Below, one piece after another: positions 59,090 to 64,000 of a stretch of 64,000 nt of DNA. Made by a program: the position numbers and the translations under genes. The DNA is taken from positions 186,001 to 250,000 of IMG/VR virus record IMGVR_UViG_3300023278_002893; one strand, given 5' to 3'. The notes beneath the pieces were generated by a model that had not been told where the DNA came from, made no database searches, and saw only the letters and a list, made by a program, of their open reading frames with translations. The stretch's first letter is position 1; every line of letters begins with the position of its first letter.

Positions 59090-59284
59090 ATGACTATGTC
59101 ATCCCCCACGCTCGTGCTCCGTGTTCCGACCTGCGACGCTGTCGATTGCATCGACCCCAGCGCAGGGTGCTACCCCGCACTCGATGTCTTCGAAGATATC
59201 GAGCTGTGCGTACATCACGAGAGTGAGTACGCCACTGCGGGTCGCATCAATGAGAGCGATCGACTCGTCGATCACTCTTCCTGA
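59090..59284 (+). CDS. Small Cys/His acidic protein
   Basis: RBS AGGAGGT; followed by a G/C hairpin. Confidence 0.6.
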   Translation: MTMSSPTLVLRVPTCDAVDCIDPSAGCYPALDVFEDIELCVHHESEYATAGRINESDRLVDHSS

Positions 59285-59454
59285 TGCTTGGGGACCCCCC
59301 TCTGGGGGGTCCCTGTGGTTACCTCTCCGAGGTACCCTTCTATCCCTCGCTTCGCTCGGGTACCCCATCACCACGTGGATCTCGCTGCGCGAGCCCTAGT
59401 TGCATCACTTCGTGATACAATCATTTCTCGCTTATCACTCGAAAGGAGTATGAC

Positions 59455-59628
59455 ATGCCCAGTCTCGTCTTCGACTTTGACTGTTCCTGTGAGGTCCTCC
59501 CTTCGGGGGACCTCTGGTGCTGCGATGTGTGCAGCACCGAAGCTGACCCTTGGGGTCAGCTTGCTACCGAAGAATCCGATCGGATTCTCGGACACAACAC
59601 CTTCCTCGATATCTCTCGAAAGGAGTAG
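59455..59628 (+). CDS. 57-aa Cys-rich protein MPSLVFDFDCSCEVLPSGDLWCCDVC... (not in track)
   Basis: RBS GAAAGGAG 6 nt upstream; its 3' end supplies the RBS of the next gene. Confidence 0.6.
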   Translation: MPSLVFDFDCSCEVLPSGDLWCCDVCSTEADPWGQLATEESDRILGHNTFLDISRKE

Positions 59629-59631
59629 ATC

Positions 59632-59754
59632 ATGCTCGAACAATTCGCTATCGCTCTTGTCCCCACCATCGCGTTGCTCTTGGTGGGTCGCTTGATCTGG
59701 ATCACCGATCCAGAGGTCAAGCGACTGCGCAAAGCTGAGCAGAAGCTCAGCTAG
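59632..59754 (+). CDS. 40-aa single-TM protein MLEQFAIALVPTIALLLVGRLIWIT... (not in track)
   Basis: RBS GAAAGGAG; hydrophobic helix and basic tail. Confidence 0.6.
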   Translation: MLEQFAIALVPTIALLLVGRLIWITDPEVKRLRKAEQKLS

Positions 59755-59760
59755 CGCATC

Positions 59761-59789
59761 GGACCCCCCTAACGGGGGGTCCTCTTTTT
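59761..59789 (+). terminator. Intrinsic terminator-like hairpin
   Basis: GGACCCCCC-TAAC-GGGGGGTCC followed by TCTTTTT. Confidence 0.7.
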
Positions 59790-59954
59790 ACAGCACCGAC
59801 CCGCTTCGCTAAGTCGGTCTTGTTCATTTACTCGTGAGTACCCCCTTCGGGGGTACCAACGAGCACCGCTCGTTCCTCGCTCTCGTCGTTCCTCCTCACT
59901 AGTTGCATCACTTTGTGATACAATCATTTCTCGCTATCGCTCGAAAGGAGATCC

Positions 59955-60185
59955 ATGTTTATCATTCTTCTCGATTCCTCGAAGAACGAACTCCGCGTCG
60001 TCCGTGCTGACTCTGTCAGCGACTCCGGGACGCGGGTCGTTGTGGTTCCTCACCACAACGGTCACTCGTACGACTTCGAACTCCCTCCGGGAGTCGAAGC
60101 CTTCGCAGACCTCGCTACCTTCGACGATGTCGAAGCTGCGTGGTCGTCGGTTCGCACCGACTTCTGCCCCTCGCTCCACCCCTAG
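59955..60185 (+). CDS. Small hypothetical protein
   Basis: RBS GAAAGGAG after a repeat module. Confidence 0.65.
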   Translation: MFIILLDSSKNELRVVRADSVSDSGTRVVVVPHHNGHSYDFELPPGVEAFADLATFDDVEAAWSSVRTDFCPSLHP

Positions 60186-60304
60186 CGGGGTGGGGTGTCC
60201 CCCTTCGGGGGTAGTTACCTCACTCTGTGAGGTAATACTTCTCTGGGTACTAGCGTACCCTTTGAAGTATTATCTTTCTCGTTAATCTCTCGAAAGGAGA
60301 CTCT

Positions 60305-60784
60305 ATGCGTTGCTCGTTCTGTAACGATCCCCGTGGGATCATCATGGTTGATGGTATCCCCGAGCCCTGCTGTGATGAGATCATCACGCAGCAAGTCCGC
60401 GAAGTACGCGGCATCTGTGTCAATTGTGGGGAATCCCACACTCGCATGAACGAGGGTGTAGACACCCTCTCCGCCATGTGCTCCGATGAGTGCCTCACCG
60501 AAGCCATGGATCGCATCGAAGCAATCGCGCTGCGCGACGATTGTGGCGGTGAGATGCCCGACCAGGAGGTCATGGACCTCCATGACTCCGTCGATCGTAT
60601 CGACGCAGCCAACCTCGCGTGGTACCGCCACGCGGGTCAGTACATCGACAACGGTGTCGATGACTGTCTCGGTACTCCTCCCTTCTGGTTGGAGTACTCG
60701 ATAGAGCGCGACGCTCTGGAGAGCGATGCACGCATCGCTAAGCTCCAGAACGACGAGCACAAGTACGGGTGTATCCCGTTCTAG
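60305..60784 (+). CDS. Acidic Cys-rich (zinc-binding) hypothetical protein
   Basis: CSFC..CC..CVNC..CSDEC; RBS GAAAGGAG. Confidence 0.7.
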   Translation: MRCSFCNDPRGIIMVDGIPEPCCDEIITQQVREVRGICVNCGESHTRMNEGVDTLSAMCSDECLTEAMDRIEAIALRDDCGGEMPDQEVMDLHDSVDRIDAANLAWYRHAGQYIDNGVDDCLGTPPFWLEYSIERDALESDARIAKLQNDEHKYGCIPF

Positions 60785-60869
60785 TGCTCTGGTCCCCCTA
60801 GCGGGGGACCTACCGCTCCGCTCTCGCTTCGCTCACTAGTTCCTCCACTTCGTGAAGGAGGTCACTCAC

Positions 60870-60944
60870 ATGACCAAGTTGATCCTGTGCACCTACGCTC
60901 CGCTGCTCTACTTGCTTGCGGAATTCGCTTCACTCATCCCTTAA
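60870..60944 (+). CDS. 24-aa hydrophobic peptide MTKLILCTYAPLLYLLAEFASLIP
   Basis: RBS AAGGAGGT. Confidence 0.5.
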   Translation: MTKLILCTYAPLLYLLAEFASLIP

Positions 60945-60962
60945 CCAAGAAGGAGCTACGCT

Positions 60963-61016
60963 ATGGATGATCTCGACCGCGACATCCAGGACGTCATTGA
61001 CGACCTGTGCGAATAG
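60963..61016 (+). CDS. 17-aa acidic peptide MDDLDRDIQDVIDDLCE
   Basis: RBS AAGGAG 7 nt upstream. Confidence 0.45.
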   Translation: MDDLDRDIQDVIDDLCE

Positions 61017-61524
61017 ACCCATGTGGGTAGGAGTGCGTTACCGCGCACTCCTGCCCACCCGCTTCGCTCGCTACGCTCGCTCGCTCCTCTAAGAGCAAGG
61101 GAGGACTCTGTTGAGTCCTACTCCAGTACCGCTCGTCCCTCGCTCTCGCTTCGCTCACTCCCCTTCGGGGATAGTCCCATCACTTCGTGATCGGTAGTAC
61201 ATTTTTTTCGCTCATCGCTCAAAAAGGAGTCCTCCATTGGATGGATGACACCCCACAGCTACCTGCCCGAGCACGGCTTGGTAGCACCACGGGGGCCGTA
61301 GTGCTCCCTCCGCTGCGAGACGCAGTACAAGCAGTGACCTGCTTGTGGCGGAGGTTGATCAGCTCGCTTCGCTCGCTAACGGATGCTCCGCATCCTTAGA
61401 GACCCGGAGCGTCCCCCCTACGGGGGGTAGTTTCACCGCTGCGCGATGAAGTATCGGTTCTTGCGAACCTCGTTGTTAGACCACAGTGGTCTGATGCAGG
61501 GTTCGCTTGATAGGAGGACATGAC

Positions 61525-61881
61525 ATGTCCAATGCAGTAAAGACCACGATCAAGAAGTTTTCGTTCACGAAGTGGATCAGTGAGATCGAAGGTTCGGGTG
61601 CTCGCGTACTCGGATTCTGTGAGATGACGGTCTGCGTCGATGGTCTGGAGTTCACGTTCAGTGACCTGAAGGTTCGCGTGAATCAGAAGGGTGAGCATCA
61701 CCTGTGCGCACCGAGTCGTCGCTACAAGAACTCCGAAGGTGCCTGGAGGACGTCGAGCGCGTACAAGTTCGACAATTCGACGTATGCTGCTCTGCGCAGT
61801 TTCGTCTACGGTCGCGACGAAGTGAAGGTCGCGATCGACGAAGCCGCGGATCTCGAAAAGGAGATTCCGCTGAGCGCGTAG
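61525..61881 (+). CDS. SpoVG-like nucleic-acid-binding protein
   Basis: GFCEMTV...FTFSDLKV....GEHHLCAPSRRYK..EG.W matches the SpoVG pattern; RBS AGGAGG. Confidence 0.7.
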   Translation: MSNAVKTTIKKFSFTKWISEIEGSGARVLGFCEMTVCVDGLEFTFSDLKVRVNQKGEHHLCAPSRRYKNSEGAWRTSSAYKFDNSTYAALRSFVYGRDEVKVAIDEAADLEKEIPLSA

Positions 61882-62104
61882 TACATAGCAGTACCTCTAA
61901 GTAGGGGTACTGCTAGTCCCACCCCACCGCTTCCCGGGGGGTGGGACCTCGCTCTCTTTCTGCTATCACGCGTGCTCATTGAGAAATGAAGGACTCTGAT
62001 GAGTCCTCCTTTATTGACGTTCGCTTCGCTCTCTCTCAGTTCCTCCGCTTCGCTCCCCCCTTCGCTATAGTCTCCGCATTCTCTGGATGCGGTTACTATT
62101 ATAA

Positions 62105-62134
62105 GAGACCCTCTAACGAGGAGTCTCTTTTTTT
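62105..62134 (+). terminator. Intrinsic terminator-like hairpin
   Basis: GAGACCCTC-TAAC-GAGGAGTCTC followed by a T7 run. Confidence 0.65.
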
Positions 62135-62497
62135 ATTGACGCGCGCTGTTGCTCGGTGGATTCGTTCGGTACTGTTCATTCGGTGGTTGATTCGTTTACT
62201 CTCATTTGTTAGGGCACCACCCCAGTAGACGAAACTAATTACGGAGATATCAATTCCTTACGGAAACGCTGATTTACTCGTCGTCGCTGTGCTCCTCGTT
62301 GTTCCTTCTTTTTTTGATCTTTCATCTCGGTGCACCATTCGTAGAGATATCTATGGATGCACGCCCGTCGGATACGTAAGTACTTGCAATACTCCGACAG
62401 TGCTTTATCGATACGTCTAGGTAGTTCCTAGCGGACGAGATGGGAGATCTTTTTTCGCGGCCGCTCAAAAAAGCCTATTACAAGGAGATTAGAAACA

Positions 62498-62628
62498 TGG
62501 AACACATCCTCAAGAAGATGGCTGTACCCAACATCTTGCACTGCGCAGAACTAGTGGTTCTGACCATCGTCGTGCATTTGGCCTCAGGATTGGTATTCTT
62601 ACCATTATTCATCCCGAGGCAAGAATAA
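62498..62628 (+). CDS. Small membrane peptide MEHILKKMAV... (start approximate)
   Basis: RBS AAGGAG; hydrophobic C-half. Confidence 0.45.
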
Positions 62629-63516
62629 ACCCAACCCCGAAGAAGATAGGAGATCAAACCCATGTTCTACACAATACTACTAATGGTACTGAAAGAATAC
62701 AAGGACAGCAACAATCCATTCACCTGAGAGACCCCTCAGTTGAGTTAGACCACCCAGGAGGGATGGGACACTGGTAGGTGGTGGTCAGCTTTTACCAGGC
62801 GGTGACATCATTTTGCTCGGCGGACAAATCAATAGTAATTTCAAATAGATAGAGTAAATATGTAGGGCTCTGACGTTACTACAGTAGGGGGTTTCGCGCG
62901 TCCCTGTCCAGGTGACTCATTCATTAGGAGATCGATCTCTGGGTGAAACCCTTCTGTATTGCTTCTTACGAATTATTCACTATACTCAGAATTTTCACCC
63001 GCCGGATAAAACACCCAATATCACCCTGTACTCAAACTGAATAAGGCTAGAACCCCCCTAGACAAGAAGAACTCCAGTAGTGCCCTCTGTTAGAGCCAAT
63101 TGTATTACTGCTTTAGCAGATTCATTGCAAGCATGGTGATGATTTACCTGTTGTACTCCCAGTATGCCTCTGTATCGATCCATGCTCATCGATCGATGTA
63201 GTTGATTTCATTGAGGAATTTAGTGTAGTGAAATGGTAAATGCCAATAGGTCGATCAAGTGGGTGTGATCGAGTACCCCGTATTAGTTGAATAGGTCGGT
63301 CTGTGTTGGTGCTTTGGCACCCCATGAGGGGTCTAGGTTGTTCCTTCATTTTGATGTTCTGTGCTCCCATGTGCTTGGTTTCGTTGATGATTGGAGCCGG
63401 GGGTGGAGTGTGAGGGGAACGTGTAGGAGAAGCGAAGTGTGAGCGTCTCAGGTACCACCTGTGAGAGCTAGTGAGTACAGAGGAGAGTTAATCCATTACC
63501 GGTTTCTACCGGGAAC

Positions 63517-63834
63517 ATGCCTATTAGAGGCGGGAGAACTATTATGTTGGAGAAGAGACAGCCGAGAGGAAAGACAATAAGATGCTGGAGCAGGAACGGT
63601 GAGCCCCTCGATCCCGGTGCAGAACTCCACATGGAGCTGTTAAAACTAGAACACGTGTACTGGCGCAATGAGCTGACAGCGTGCGACGATTGCGGCACAG
63701 CTATACCCAATCGCGATCTTCGACTTACTCCATATGGATTGGTATGTGAGGATTGCAGAGAGACCGTCAAGAAGACAAGAATCAACTTGGGTAGGTTTCT
63801 ACGTAAATGGGAACCTAGCGGAGAGGCATGCTAG
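63517..63834 (+). CDS. Zinc-ribbon hypothetical protein
   Basis: CDDCG...CEDC. Confidence 0.55.
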   Translation: MPIRGGRTIMLEKRQPRGKTIRCWSRNGEPLDPGAELHMELLKLEHVYWRNELTACDDCGTAIPNRDLRLTPYGLVCEDCRETVKKTRINLGRFLRKWEPSGEAC

Positions 63835-64000
63835 ACTGTTTTATCCGCCGCTGAAAAATGCCAATAACCCTGGGAGGGGAAAGGAGAGAATCATGGACAG
63901 AACACTACTGGAAGCATCTGGACTGGCCTGTCATCGTAGTACCTGTGAGGAGCAGGCTCAATGGGAAGGCTACGCTGACACCTACAGGCCTATTACAGGA

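Larger units (their letters stand above)
58808..61450. repeat. Dispersed repeat module: TAGTT-like linker + 3-nt-loop hairpin, usually after a C/G or GCTTCGC hairpin (about 9 copies)
   Basis: Linker at ~58808, 58902, 59316, 59397, 59900, 60212, 60836, 61172 and 61428; near-identical ~52-bp copies at 59396-59448 and 59899-59950. Confidence 0.85.

Noticed and set aside
58800-61450. Integron attC cassette array (bottom-strand hairpins, GTT before genes)
   Set aside because: No RYYYAAC inverse core pairing with a GTTRRRY core, and no integrase in the window
58800-62070. CRISPR array
   Set aside because: Repeats are irregularly spaced, divergent and separated by whole genes; no cas genes seen
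61990-62262. Hammerhead ribozyme (CTGATGAGTC ... GACGAAAC)
   Set aside because: Core halves are ~220 nt apart across a terminator, stems I and III pair poorly, and CTGATGA sits inside a simple GGACTC/GAGTCC hairpin
1-64000. Alternative genetic code or tRNA genes
   Set aside because: Known enzymes are full length in code 11 and end in all three stops; no cloverleaf recognised by eye (tRNAscan not run)

Overview
A 64-kb segment of a large tailed dsDNA phage genome. From 1 to ~58.6 kb nearly all credible genes are on the minus strand, and several near-consensus sigma70 promoters point leftward. This arm carries a head module (terminase, portal, Cys-repeat protein, prohead protease, scaffold), NusG, nucleotide-metabolism genes (thyA, folA, dut, dNMP kinase, ndk, IMPDH/GMPR, deoC, HAD nucleotidase, NDT-like), clamp-loader subunits, UDG, map, a cold-shock protein, an actin-like ATPase, fibre/adhesin proteins, a lytic transglycosylase and about eight free-standing endonuclease-type genes. 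At ~58.75 kb the coding strand switches. The 58.8-62.2 kb arm is an array of tiny plus-strand genes separated by a repeated non-coding module. Its hairpins carry GNA loops and tandem G.A pairs only when the bottom (template) strand is read as single-stranded DNA; this is the best candidate for an undescribed system. Other highlights are candidate -1 recoding sites at the ends of two head genes, a duplicated 'unknown protein + adhesin' cassette and an actin/adaptor pair. All family calls come from motif recognition by eye, not database searches.
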